Origin: Chloroflexota bacterium
Lineage (GTDB): Bacteria > Chloroflexota > Limnocylindria > Limnocylindrales > CSP1-4
NCBI GenBank assembly: GCA_003141245.1
Contig: PLLE01000038.1
Location: 3,541 to 67,540 of the forward strand
Direction of reading: 5' to 3'
DNA length: 64,000 nucleotides
In this document: positions 27,187 to 36,246 of the stretch, in pieces
How positions within the stretch are numbered: position 1 is the stretch's first letter
Layout: every line of letters begins with the position of its first letter
The notes under the pieces: model-generated
Database searches by the model: none
The model's input: the letters and a program-made list of their open reading frames with translations, nothing else
Told to the model about the DNA's origin: nothing
Translations under genes and position numbers: made by a program

Positions 27187-29292
27187 TTACGGCTGGATCG
27201 CCTGGCAGTGGAGGTCCCAGTCTATGCGGCCGGACAGGTCGCTCGGGCGTGTCCCTGGCGAGCAGTCGAAGGTGGCTGCCGGAGTGGCGACGGGCGTGGC
27301 TGTGGGAGTGGGCGTGGCTGTGAGAGTGGGACTGGGAGACGGCGCGGCCCCGGCGATCACGGTGAGTCGCACGAAGTCGACGTACTTCCAAAGCTTGCGG
27401 TCTGCGTTCCAGCCCTGTTCATAGATGCCCAGGGGATTCTCGCCCTCCTTCAGGTTGATCGTGACCTTCTGACCCCCAGGAGCGGCAAGCGTGGACGATG
27501 TGCCGGGGAAGACCGAGATGGCCACGAAGTCGGGGTGGCTCGAAGCGTTGGGGTCGCTGATCCGGATCGTCAGTTGCTTCTCCGCTGTCTGGTAGCCGCT
27601 GACCAGGGGCACCCAGATGTCATTGCCCTGGGCATCCTTGCCGGCCAGCGCCTCGAGAGAGTAGACCGGAAAGATGCCGTTACCGATCTTGCCGTCGTCG
27701 AACGCCGCCCAGTCGTCGGCCAGCATGGACCAGTCCACGATCGCCGTCTTGGCGTCGTACACGAAGTTCACGTAGGGCACATCGCCCGAACTAACGGCCT
27801 GCGCGTCTACTCCCGAAGAGTACGTGCCGAACCTGCCGCTGGCAGGGTCGAAGGGGATGAGCCGCAAGGCGGCGGGGGAAGCTGGGAAGTTGGGGTCGGC
27901 CACGAAGATGCCGCTCGGGTCCACGCGGTAGGCCAGGATCTCGTGGCCATTCTTGTCCTGGGCGTCGCTGATCGACACGAGCTGCGGCTCGCCGGTGACC
28001 GCGATGGCGTAGCGGAAGGCGTCGTACTGGAGGGTGTCGAGGCCCATGCCGCGCACGCTGAACGAGAACGACTTGATCGCGTTGTGCGTGTCTATGTACT
28101 GGCTCTGGGCGACGCTCGCCAGGCGGTAGCCGTTCGAATCGTCTTGCCAGAGGTCCGGGGTCTTGGTTGTCCCGTAGCCGTTGTTGTCGTACAGGCCGTG
28201 CAGCGGTAGGCCCCGGCCCTTCAGACGCCGCTCGATGTAGTACCAGGCCTCGGTCAGCGTCTGGCCGGCGCAGTTGCCGCCCGGCGTGATATAGGAGCCG
28301 TAGTTCGGGAACTGCCAGTCGTCTTTGCCCGGCCTGAAGCCGGAATCGATCGTCTCCGGCAGGAGGGCCCGCTCAACCAAGCTCACGAAGAAGCTGGAGA
28401 AGTGCTCGGTCGCCACCGTGACCGAGGTTCCATCCTCGGCCAGCAGGGGCATGCCCTCCAGGCCGCCCGAGGCATCGTAGAAGAAGCCCATCGCGAACGA
28501 GTCGGCTGGCACGGTGGCGGGGACTTTCAGGGTCACCGGCGCAGGGGCCATCCCCTCCGCGCCGGAGACGGTGTAGAGCGGCGAGATCGGGGTCACCAGG
28601 CCCCCGAAGCTCGAGGCCGTGATCGGCTGGGCGGTGACATTGAGCGTCGAGCCGGTCCAGGCTCCCGCGGGAACGTCGATCGTGAAGCCGTCCCACGGAT
28701 GCCCGGGAGCCGAGACGGTTGGGGAGGCGCCGCTGGCGTCGAGGTCGATCGTCTCGACCGCCGAGGAGTCGCCCAGGGTCAGCGTTCCCTGCGCCGGGGT
28801 CGCCAGGTTGTCGATCGGGGGAGGGGACTGGACCGGGCCGCTCGGCGCCGTCGGCTCTTCGATCTTGCCGGAGCCTGTCGGGGTGCCGTTTCCCGCGCCG
28901 GGCAGCTTGACGATGCCGGTGCCCAAGGCTCCGGCCGCCAGGACGATCACGACCGCCAGCGCCAGGGCGACCGGCGGGATGGGCCGCCGAGGGCTACGTG
29001 CGCCTGCGACGGGCGCGGCGGCGACGTATCTGATGGGTTCCGGAGTCGGCAGAACAGGCGCAGGGCCTGGCGGCGCGGACACTGGAGCCGCCGGAGGAGC
29101 GGTCAGGGCAGCGGACGATCCCTTGCCGAAGCCGACGCCGCACCCCAGACAGAACCGAGCCTGCGATGTCCGCGGAGCGCCGCACTTCGGGCAGAACCTC
29201 GGCACCGCGGCGCCGCAGCTAAGGCAGAACCTGGCATCGGCGCTCAGCCCTCCACCACACGACCCGCACGTCCCGCCGAACGACTTGGCCAC
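27187..29292 (-). CDS. membrane-anchored protein: N-terminal double zinc-ribbon, TM, extracytoplasmic Ig-like region and papain/C39-like cysteine-peptidase-like domain, PT linker, Cys-containing tail
   Basis: GTG at 29292 lies 6 nt after GGAGG. The N-terminus has CGSCG...FCLSCG...FCPKCG...FCLGCG, followed by the TM VALALAVVIVLAAGALG. Candidate catalytic residues are GGNCAGQTLTEAW (Cys), KNGHEILAY (His) and IFVADPNF (Asp). The PT-rich linker lies near the C-terminus. Confidence 0.7.
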   Translation of the reverse strand: MAKSFGGTCGSCGGGLSADARFCLSCGAAVPRFCPKCGAPRTSQARFCLGCGVGFGKGSSAALTAPPAAPVSAPPGPAPVLPTPEPIRYVAAAPVAGARSPRRPIPPVALALAVVIVLAAGALGTGIVKLPGAGNGTPTGSGKIEEPTAPSGPVQSPPPIDNLATPAQGTLTLGDSSAVETIDLDASGASPTVSAPGHPWDGFTIDVPAGAWTGSTLNVTAQPITASSFGGLVTPISPLYTVSGAEGMAPAPVTLKVPATVPADSFAMGFFYDASGGLEGMPLLAEDGTSVTVATEHFSSFFVSLVERALLPETIDSGFRPGKDDWQFPNYGSYITPGGNCAGQTLTEAWYYIERRLKGRGLPLHGLYDNNGYGTTKTPDLWQDDSNGYRLASVAQSQYIDTHNAIKSFSFSVRGMGLDTLQYDAFRYAIAVTGEPQLVSISDAQDKNGHEILAYRVDPSGIFVADPNFPASPAALRLIPFDPASGRFGTYSSGVDAQAVSSGDVPYVNFVYDAKTAIVDWSMLADDWAAFDDGKIGNGIFPVYSLEALAGKDAQGNDIWVPLVSGYQTAEKQLTIRISDPNASSHPDFVAISVFPGTSSTLAAPGGQKVTINLKEGENPLGIYEQGWNADRKLWKYVDFVRLTVIAGAAPSPSPTLTATPTPTATPVATPAATFDCSPGTRPSDLSGRIDWDLHCQAIQP

Positions 29293-29455
29293 GACCCACC
29301 TCCAACGCAGTAAGCCTTCCGCGCCGGGTAGCGACGCCTTGGAACCCCACGCCAGCATCAGTGATCGGGCGATTCCGGCGACAGAGCCGTTTGTCTCAAA
29401 TCCCTGGCTTGGAGCCGCGCGGAGCCTGCGCCGTAGCGAACGCATGGTCTAATCT

Positions 29456-32400
29456 GTGTCGGCCGCCTATACTGGGCGCCTCGTGGCTCACGCGTCCGAC
29501 TCACCCGAACCGAAGACCCAGATTCCTGCCGGCGACGATCCGCTCGCTCCATTCAGCCCTGCGGTCGCCGAGTGGTTCCGTTCGGCCTTCGCGGCGCCGA
29601 CGCCCGCCCAGGCTCAGGGTTGGGCGAGCATCGCGGCCGGTCGCCACACGCTGATCCACGCCCCAACCGGCAGCGGCAAGACCCTGGCCGCGTTCCTTTG
29701 GACCCTCGATCGGCTGGTCCGCAAGCCGCGGCCGCGAACGACCGCCGCCCCCGGATCCGTTCGAGTCCTCTACATCTCGCCGCTCAAGGCCCTGATCTAC
29801 GACGTCGAGCGCAACCTTCGGACGCCGCTGGCTGGGATACGGCTGGCGTCCGAGCGGCTGGGCGAGCCCGCGCCCCAGATCGAGGTGGGCGTCCGGACCG
29901 GCGACACGCCCACGCAGGAACGGCGCCACCTCGTCAAGAACCCGCCGGACATCCTCATCACGACGCCCGAGTCGCTGTACCTGATCCTCACGAGCCAGGC
30001 GGCGGAGATCCTGCGCGGCGTCGAGCACGTCATCGTCGATGAGATCCACGCCCTGGCGGGAACCAAGCGCGGAGCCCACCTCGCCCTGAGCCTGGAGCGG
30101 CTGGAGAAGCTGACTCCGCACCCGCCCCAGCGGATCGGGCTCTCGGCGACCCAGCGCCCGGTCGAGACGATCGCCCGCTTCCTGGGTGGCGTCGGACCCG
30201 GCAGGGCAGGGGAGTCGCGCGACGTCCACATCGTCGATGCCGGTTCGCGCAAGGTGCTCGAGCTGTCGGTCCGAGTCCCGGTCGAAGACATGAGCAAGCT
30301 CGGCGAGCTGCTGCCGCCGGAGGAGCAGCTCGCCGGCCCGGCCGCCGGTCCGGAGGCGCGCACCAGCATCTGGCCCGCGATCCACCCGCGGATCCTCGAG
30401 CTCATCCGCGAGCACCATTGCACGATCATCTTCTGTAACTCCCGCCGGCTGGCCGAGCGATTGGCCAATAAGCTCAACGAGCTGGCCGGCGAAGAGCTGG
30501 TTCGGGCCCACCACGGATCGCTCGCCCGCGAGCAGAGGGTCCAGATCGAGGAGGCGCTCAAGGCGGGCCGGCTGCCGGCCATCGTCGCCACCAGTTCTCT
30601 CGAGCTTGGCATCGACATGGGCGCGGTCGACCTCGTGATCCAGGTCGAGTCACCGTCGAGCGTGGCCAGCGGCCTCCAGCGAATCGGACGAGCGGGACAC
30701 CAGGTCGGAGAGCCCAGCCGTGGCATCTTCTTCCCGAAGTACCGGGGCGACCTCCTCGAAACCGCGGTCGTGACGGCGCGAATGCACGAGGGCGCGATCG
30801 AGGAGACCAAGCTGCCGCGCAACCCGCTCGATGTGCTGGCCCAGCAGATCGTGGCCATGACGGTGCGCGAAGCCTGGACGGCCGACGAGCTGTTCGAGAC
30901 GGTCCGGCGGGCGGCCCCGTACGAGAGCCTCACTCGCGACGCATTCGAGGCGGTGCTGGGGATGCTGGCCGGGGCGTATCCCTCCGACGAGTTTGCGGAG
31001 CTGAAGGCGCGGGTCGTGTGGGACCGCGAGACGGGGCGCGTCGAGGGGCGGCGCGACGCGCGGACGGTGGCGATCACCAGCGGCGGCACGATCCCGGATC
31101 GCGGGCTCTATCCGGTCTTCCTGATCGGCGAGGCGGGCACTCCGGGACGGCGGGTCGGCGAGCTCGACGAGGAGATGGTGTACGAGACCCGGGTCGGCGA
31201 GGTGATCGCCCTCGGGGCCACGAGCTGGCGGGTTGAGGAGATCAGGCCCGATCGGGTGGTGGTCTCGCCGGCGCCGGGCGTGCCCGGCAAGATTCCCTTC
31301 TGGCACGGCGACGGGCTGGGCCGGCCGATCGAATTGGGACGGGCACTGGGCGAGTTCGTCCGCGAGCTGGAGGCCGACCTGGCGGGCGGCGAGCGCGGGC
31401 GGGAGCGAGCCCGGCGGCGACTCCTCGAGCACCACGACCTCGACGAGCTGGCGGCGGAGAACGTCCTCGGCTATCTCACCGAGGAGCGGGAGGTGACGGG
31501 CGTCGTGCCGACCGACCGCCGGATCGTGGTGGAGCGGTTCCGCGACGAGCTGGGCGACTGGCGAGTGGTCGTGCTGACGCCGTTCGGCGGGCGAATCCAT
31601 GCGCCGTGGGCCCTGGCGATTGAATCTCGGCTGGCGGAGAGGCTGGGCCAGGAGGCCCAGACGATCTGGTCGGACGACGGCATCGCGATCCGGTTGCCCG
31701 AGGGTGAGGCGGCCGGAGTCGGTAGCGGTTGGGGGAGCGGCGGTGCCGGCGGCCCGCTGGGCGGACTCGCGGAGTTGCTGTTTCCCTCAGCCGAAGAGGT
31801 CGAGGACCTGGTCGTCGGAAGACTTGGGAGTTCGGCGATGTTCGCGGCGCGTTTCCGTGAGAACGCCGCGCGGGCGTTGCTGTTGCCGCGGCGCCGACCT
31901 GGCTCGAGAACGCCGCTGTGGCAGCAGCGGCAACGTTCCGCCGGGCTGCTCGCCGTGGCCAGCCGCTACGGCTCTTTCCCGATCATCGTCGAGACGTATC
32001 GCGAATGCCTGGCCGATCTGTTCGACCTGCCGGCCTTGCGCGAGGTTCTCGGGGGAGTGGCTTGCCGCGAGATCGAGGTGCGTGACGTGGAGACGGTCAC
32101 GGCCTCGCCGTTCGCCGGCTCCCTGCTCTTCGACTACCTCGCCGCCTACATGTACGAGGGCGATGCGCCCCTGGCGGAGCGGCGGGCGGGCGCGCTTGCC
32201 CTCGACCGCGAGTTGCTGCGCGAGCTGCTCGGCCAGGAGGAGCTGCGCGACCTCATCGATCCTGCGGCCCTGGCCGACCTGGAGCTGGCGCTCCAGGCGC
32301 TCGTCCCGGAACGAGCGGCCCGAACTGTGGACGCGCTGCACGACCTGCTGCGGCGATTGGGCGACCTGACCGTGGAAGAGGTAGCGGCGCGGGTCGTGGC

Positions 32401-34297
32401 GCCGTCCTCCGTCGGAGAGTGGCTGCGCGCCCTGGAGGGATCGCGACGGGCGATCTCGCTGCGGATCGGCGGCGAGGATCGCTGGATCGCCATCGAGGAC
32501 GCAGCCCGATACCGCGACGCGCTGGGAGTGGCGCTGCCGGTCGGCTTGCCGACGGCCTTCCTTGCGCCGGTCGACGACGCTCTCGGCGGCCTGGTCGCGC
32601 GCTGGGCTCGCGGCCACGGCCCGTTTCACGCCCCGGAGCCGGCGCGGCGATGGGCGGTGACGGCGTCTCGGGTCGAGGAGTCGCTCGAGAGGCTGCTGGA
32701 AGCGGGCACGATCCTGCGTGGCGAATTCCGTCCGGGCGGGACGGAGCGCGAGTGGTGCGACCCGGAGGTGCTGCGGCAGCTGCGGCGGCGGTCGCTGGCA
32801 AGGCTCCGCCGCGAGGTCGAGCCGGTGGAGCAGGTCGTCCTGGCGCGCTTCCTGCCGGCGTGGCAGGGGGTTCGACCGGTGGCGGCGACCGGCGATGAGG
32901 TCGGCGGCCCGTCACGAGAGGTCGCCACGCTCCGCGGCGAGGCCGCGCTGGAGCGCCTGGCGGAGGTCGTCGATCAGCTGGCGGGTCTCCCGATTCCGGC
33001 CTCCGTGCTGGAGCGCGATGTCCTGCCAGCCCGGATCCCCGGCTACCAGCCACGCCTGTTGGACGAGCTGGGCGCGCTGGGCGAGGTGGCCTGGGTCGGC
33101 CGGGGCAGCCTTGGCCGCGACGACGGCCGGATCGTTCTCTATCGCCCCGGCCGAGAGTCTCTGTGCGATCTGGCGGCCAGCGATGCCGCGGCGCCGAACG
33201 AGGAGTTGCACGAGCGGCTTCGGGCGAGGCTGGCACAGCGGGGCGCTTCGTTCTATCGCGAGCTGCAGTCGGCCGCCGGCACGGCACCGGAGCGAGAGGT
33301 GCTCGACGCCTTGTGGGACCTGGTATGGGCCGGCGAGCTGACCAACGACACCTTCGCGCCGCTGCGGGCGTTGCGCTGGCGGCGGCCGACGGGGGAGCGC
33401 CGGCCACGTCCGGGGCGACTCCGGCTTGGCCCTCCGGAGGCCGTCGGGCGGTGGTCGCTGGTGGAGCCGAGCGGCGGCGGCGCGGACGGGGCCACCGGCG
33501 GTGCGGGCGCGGGCACGGGCGTTGGGCGGGCCACCGGCGTCGGGCGGGCCACGGAACGGCTCCACTCGCTGTCGCTCGCGCTTCTCGAGCGCCATGGCGT
33601 CCTGACCCGAGAGGCGGTCGCTGCCGAAGAGGTCGCAGGCGGATTCAGCGCCGTCTATCCCGTACTGCGGGCGATGGAGGAATCGGGGCGGATCCGCCGC
33701 GGCTACTTCGTCGACGGGCTGGGAGCGGCCCAGTTCGCCCTCCCCGGCGCCGTGGACAGGCTGCGGTCCCTGCGCGAGGCGCCCGACGACCGATCGGGCG
33801 GCCCGACCGTCCACCTTCTCGCCGCTGCCGACCCAGCCAATCCATACGGCGCCGCGCTCTCGTGGCCGCGCCGCGGCGAGTCGGATCGGCGGCCGCTGCA
33901 GCGGGCGGCCGGCGCGTACGTGGTCCTCGTGGAGGGGCAGGCCGCGCTCTACCTGGAACGAGGCGGGCACTCCCTGCAGACGTTGCCCGCGGCAGACGAC
34001 GGGGAGACTGCCCGGCCTGCAATCTGCGCCCTGCGCGAGCTCGTCGAAGGCGGACGTTTCCGTGAGCTGGTGGTCACGCGCGTCGACGGGGAGGTTGTTG
34101 CCTCGTCGCCGTGGCGGCCGTTTCTCGAGGCATGCGGGTTCGCGGCCGGATACCGGGGCCACGTTCTGCGGCCGGGGTCCCGGCGGGTCGTCGCGGCGGC
34201 TCGCGGCGTGGGGCCGGGTCTGCGGCCCGATCTGCCGCCCGAATCGACCTCCGGCCCGGTTTCTCGCCCGACACGCCGCACCGGACCGCGCTACTAG
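29456..34297 (+). CDS. lhr: ATP-dependent helicase Lhr (large helicase-related, full-length form)
   Basis: 1613 aa. HAPTGSGKTLAAF (motif I), VIVDEIHAL (DEIH), TSSLELGIDMG and LQRIGRAGH (motif VI), plus the long Lhr-type C-terminal extension. Confidence 0.9.
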   Translation: MSAAYTGRLVAHASDSPEPKTQIPAGDDPLAPFSPAVAEWFRSAFAAPTPAQAQGWASIAAGRHTLIHAPTGSGKTLAAFLWTLDRLVRKPRPRTTAAPGSVRVLYISPLKALIYDVERNLRTPLAGIRLASERLGEPAPQIEVGVRTGDTPTQERRHLVKNPPDILITTPESLYLILTSQAAEILRGVEHVIVDEIHALAGTKRGAHLALSLERLEKLTPHPPQRIGLSATQRPVETIARFLGGVGPGRAGESRDVHIVDAGSRKVLELSVRVPVEDMSKLGELLPPEEQLAGPAAGPEARTSIWPAIHPRILELIREHHCTIIFCNSRRLAERLANKLNELAGEELVRAHHGSLAREQRVQIEEALKAGRLPAIVATSSLELGIDMGAVDLVIQVESPSSVASGLQRIGRAGHQVGEPSRGIFFPKYRGDLLETAVVTARMHEGAIEETKLPRNPLDVLAQQIVAMTVREAWTADELFETVRRAAPYESLTRDAFEAVLGMLAGAYPSDEFAELKARVVWDRETGRVEGRRDARTVAITSGGTIPDRGLYPVFLIGEAGTPGRRVGELDEEMVYETRVGEVIALGATSWRVEEIRPDRVVVSPAPGVPGKIPFWHGDGLGRPIELGRALGEFVRELEADLAGGERGRERARRRLLEHHDLDELAAENVLGYLTEEREVTGVVPTDRRIVVERFRDELGDWRVVVLTPFGGRIHAPWALAIESRLAERLGQEAQTIWSDDGIAIRLPEGEAAGVGSGWGSGGAGGPLGGLAELLFPSAEEVEDLVVGRLGSSAMFAARFRENAARALLLPRRRPGSRTPLWQQRQRSAGLLAVASRYGSFPIIVETYRECLADLFDLPALREVLGGVACREIEVRDVETVTASPFAGSLLFDYLAAYMYEGDAPLAERRAGALALDRELLRELLGQEELRDLIDPAALADLELALQALVPERAARTVDALHDLLRRLGDLTVEEVAARVVAPSSVGEWLRALEGSRRAISLRIGGEDRWIAIEDAARYRDALGVALPVGLPTAFLAPVDDALGGLVARWARGHGPFHAPEPARRWAVTASRVEESLERLLEAGTILRGEFRPGGTEREWCDPEVLRQLRRRSLARLRREVEPVEQVVLARFLPAWQGVRPVAATGDEVGGPSREVATLRGEAALERLAEVVDQLAGLPIPASVLERDVLPARIPGYQPRLLDELGALGEVAWVGRGSLGRDDGRIVLYRPGRESLCDLAASDAAAPNEELHERLRARLAQRGASFYRELQSAAGTAPEREVLDALWDLVWAGELTNDTFAPLRALRWRRPTGERRPRPGRLRLGPPEAVGRWSLVEPSGGGADGATGGAGAGTGVGRATGVGRATERLHSLSLALLERHGVLTREAVAAEEVAGGFSAVYPVLRAMEESGRIRRGYFVDGLGAAQFALPGAVDRLRSLREAPDDRSGGPTVHLLAAADPANPYGAALSWPRRGESDRRPLQRAAGAYVVLVEGQAALYLERGGHSLQTLPAADDGETARPAICALRELVEGGRFRELVVTRVDGEVVASSPWRPFLEACGFAAGYRGHVLRPGSRRVVAAARGVGPGLRPDLPPESTSGPVSRPTRRTGPRY

Positions 34298-34422
34298 CCG
34301 ACCGTGCCCGAGGACGACACGCTTGCCGCAGCACGAGCAGACTGTGGGTGTATGGTCGGGCCGACTAACAGGCGGACCTCCTGGTGCCCGCGCTGTCAGC
34401 GACCTGCGCAGGAGGCGCCACG

Positions 34423-34701
34423 ATGAGCGAGATCGCGGTCGAGTGCTCGCCGGTCGACAGCGGCTGGCTCACCTGCATAACCGTCACGGACCACGGCTCC
34501 AGTCGTGAGTTCGAAGTCGGCGTGAGCGACGCAGAGCTGGCGCACTTCGACCCCGGGGCGGCCGATCCGACTCAGCTGGTCCGTCGCTCGTTCCAGTTCT
34601 TGCTGGCCCGCGAACCGAAGGAGTCGATCCTGCGCTCGTTCGGTCTCTCGATCATCGTCCGTTACTTCCCCGAGTACGAACGCGAGATCGGCCGGTCATA
34701 G
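34423..34701 (+). CDS. hypothetical small protein
   Basis: 92 aa from the ATG at 34423 (MSEIAVECSP...). Codon bias is coding-like. No family recognised. Confidence 0.45.
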   Translation: MSEIAVECSPVDSGWLTCITVTDHGSSREFEVGVSDAELAHFDPGAADPTQLVRRSFQFLLAREPKESILRSFGLSIIVRYFPEYEREIGRS

Positions 34702-34750
34702 GCCCTCGGTGATCTACCGGTCCGCCTGGGCGCGGCATTTGGCGCCTAAG

Positions 34751-35818
34751 TTATGCGCCGCGCAGCCCCAGGAAAGCTCGGACGCGCGAACGCATGACCC
34801 GAAGCAGCGTCTCGGACGTGCGCCCGGGGCTCCGCCGCCAGTGGCTGCGCCAGACCATGAAGACGGCAGCGACGGTGCGGGCGATGCCCGGCCATTGCGA
34901 GGGCATCAGCCAGCGGAAGGCGTCGGGGCGTTGCCAGGCCCACGGAACGATCGCCCAGACGAAGACGAGGTAGTCGATTCGTGCCGGCCTCGGGAAGCCG
35001 AACAGTACCTGGAGCTGGACGAGGGTCGCCGGCAGCGTCAGGGCGGTCAGCAGAATGGCGAGGATGAACCATACGATCCCCCACAGACGGCCGCGCGGCG
35101 TGAGGATCAGCCAGAAGACGGCCGGCAGCCACTTGACCGTGGTGGCGATCGTCCACAACAGGCCCTCGAGCATCGGCCCCGAGAACTGGGCGCCGAAGAG
35201 CAGCAGTGCCAGGGGCAGGTTGATGTTGCCGGTGTCCAGGTTGGCCGCGATCGGGAAGGAGAGCAGCACCAGCAGCACGGCCGTCGTCATCGGCCGGCGC
35301 CTGTATGCCCAATGGGCCGACCACAGCAGACCGGCGGCCGTCGCTCCTCGCCACACGAACCAGGCGACGTCCCAGGGCAGGAGCGACCACGGCACGAAGA
35401 GCGGCAGCATCCAGGGCGAGTAGACGTACGGCATGAACGGCCCGGTCGGATGGTACGGGTCGCCGCCGCCCAGCCACAGCCGGCCCGCGGCCCAGTAGGC
35501 GCGGGCGTCGGCGCCGGCCGCCTCGCCGCGTGCGATGAGACAGGCCAGGATCAAGCCGCCCAGGAACCCGAGCAGGATCGCCAGACCCAACCGTCGTGGA
35601 TCGCGCAGGCGACCGACCTCGTGGCGCACGGCACGGCGGAAGACGCCGGCTCGACGGCGCGTGGGTCGATCTATCAGGCCGGTCGGGCCGGGGAGAGCCG
35701 CCACGCGCTCGGAGACGCGCACCACGTGCTCCGAGAGGCTCGGGAAGCGGCGCCGCGAGGTCTCGGCGATCTCCTGGTCGGAGACCGGCTCGTCGGTCGG
35801 TGCGGGGCGGCCTCTCAC
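34751..35818 (-). CDS. GT87/DUF2029-like polytopic membrane glycosyltransferase, paralog 3
   Basis: FMPYVYSPWMLPLF and DTGNINLP motifs with multiple TM segments. The GTG start at 35818 overlaps the stop of an upstream ORF (GTGA). Confidence 0.55.
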   Translation of the reverse strand: MRGRPAPTDEPVSDQEIAETSRRRFPSLSEHVVRVSERVAALPGPTGLIDRPTRRRAGVFRRAVRHEVGRLRDPRRLGLAILLGFLGGLILACLIARGEAAGADARAYWAAGRLWLGGGDPYHPTGPFMPYVYSPWMLPLFVPWSLLPWDVAWFVWRGATAAGLLWSAHWAYRRRPMTTAVLLVLLSFPIAANLDTGNINLPLALLLFGAQFSGPMLEGLLWTIATTVKWLPAVFWLILTPRGRLWGIVWFILAILLTALTLPATLVQLQVLFGFPRPARIDYLVFVWAIVPWAWQRPDAFRWLMPSQWPGIARTVAAVFMVWRSHWRRSPGRTSETLLRVMRSRVRAFLGLRGA

Positions 35819-36246
35819 GGCAGCGATCCGGGCGGCATGACGCGCTTGCGCGGGCTGGGCTCTGGGCGCTCCGTCAAACGAACGGGCGCAACGAAGGAGA
35901 ACGCGCCAGCGGGTACCTCCAAAGCGCCTCCTTCAAGATGCATTGGACCGATGATCCGGGCGCGTGCGCCGCGGCGCAAGAGGTCGGCGGCGAAGAGCCA
36001 CGAGGTGCGTCGCGCCCGAGCGACGCGAATGCACGGCCCATCAAACCGAGCCGGTGGCCGGGCGATTGTGAGCGCGGCGAGCCACCGGTAGCCGGAGTAT
36101 AGACCCGCCTGGGCCGAGCTCCGGAGGCGAAGCCGGCCCGATATGCCAGGCCGGCGCCGGTCCGAACCCCCGCCTGCATCACCCCGCGGCACCGGCCGCT
36201 TTCGGCGGGCGCAGGAGTCCGCCGCCGCCGTTAGGCTATCTGCCAA
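35815..36246 (-). CDS. possible hypothetical protein translationally coupled to GT87-like paralog 3
   Basis: 143-aa ORF whose TGA overlaps the GTG of the next gene. Third-position GC is about 75% by hand count. No family recognised, so it could be a high-GC artefact. Confidence 0.25.
   Translation of the reverse strand: MADSLTAAADSCARRKRPVPRGDAGGGSDRRRPGISGRLRLRSSAQAGLYSGYRWLAALTIARPPARFDGPCIRVARARRTSWLFAADLLRRGARARIIGPMHLEGGALEVPAGAFSFVAPVRLTERPEPSPRKRVMPPGSLP

Noticed and set aside
32253-34162. Long antisense ORFs (384 aa and 416 aa) inside lhr
   Set aside because: They are entirely nested antisense to a strongly supported gene, and their translations are Arg/Pro/Ala-rich with no motifs.
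29456-34297. Lhr considered as part of a helicase-based defence system
   Set aside because: It has the full-length Lhr architecture typical of chromosomal DNA-repair Lhr. No adjacent nuclease or MPE partner is present and the composition is normal. The neighbouring zinc-ribbon protein is divergent and has a membrane/extracytoplasmic character.
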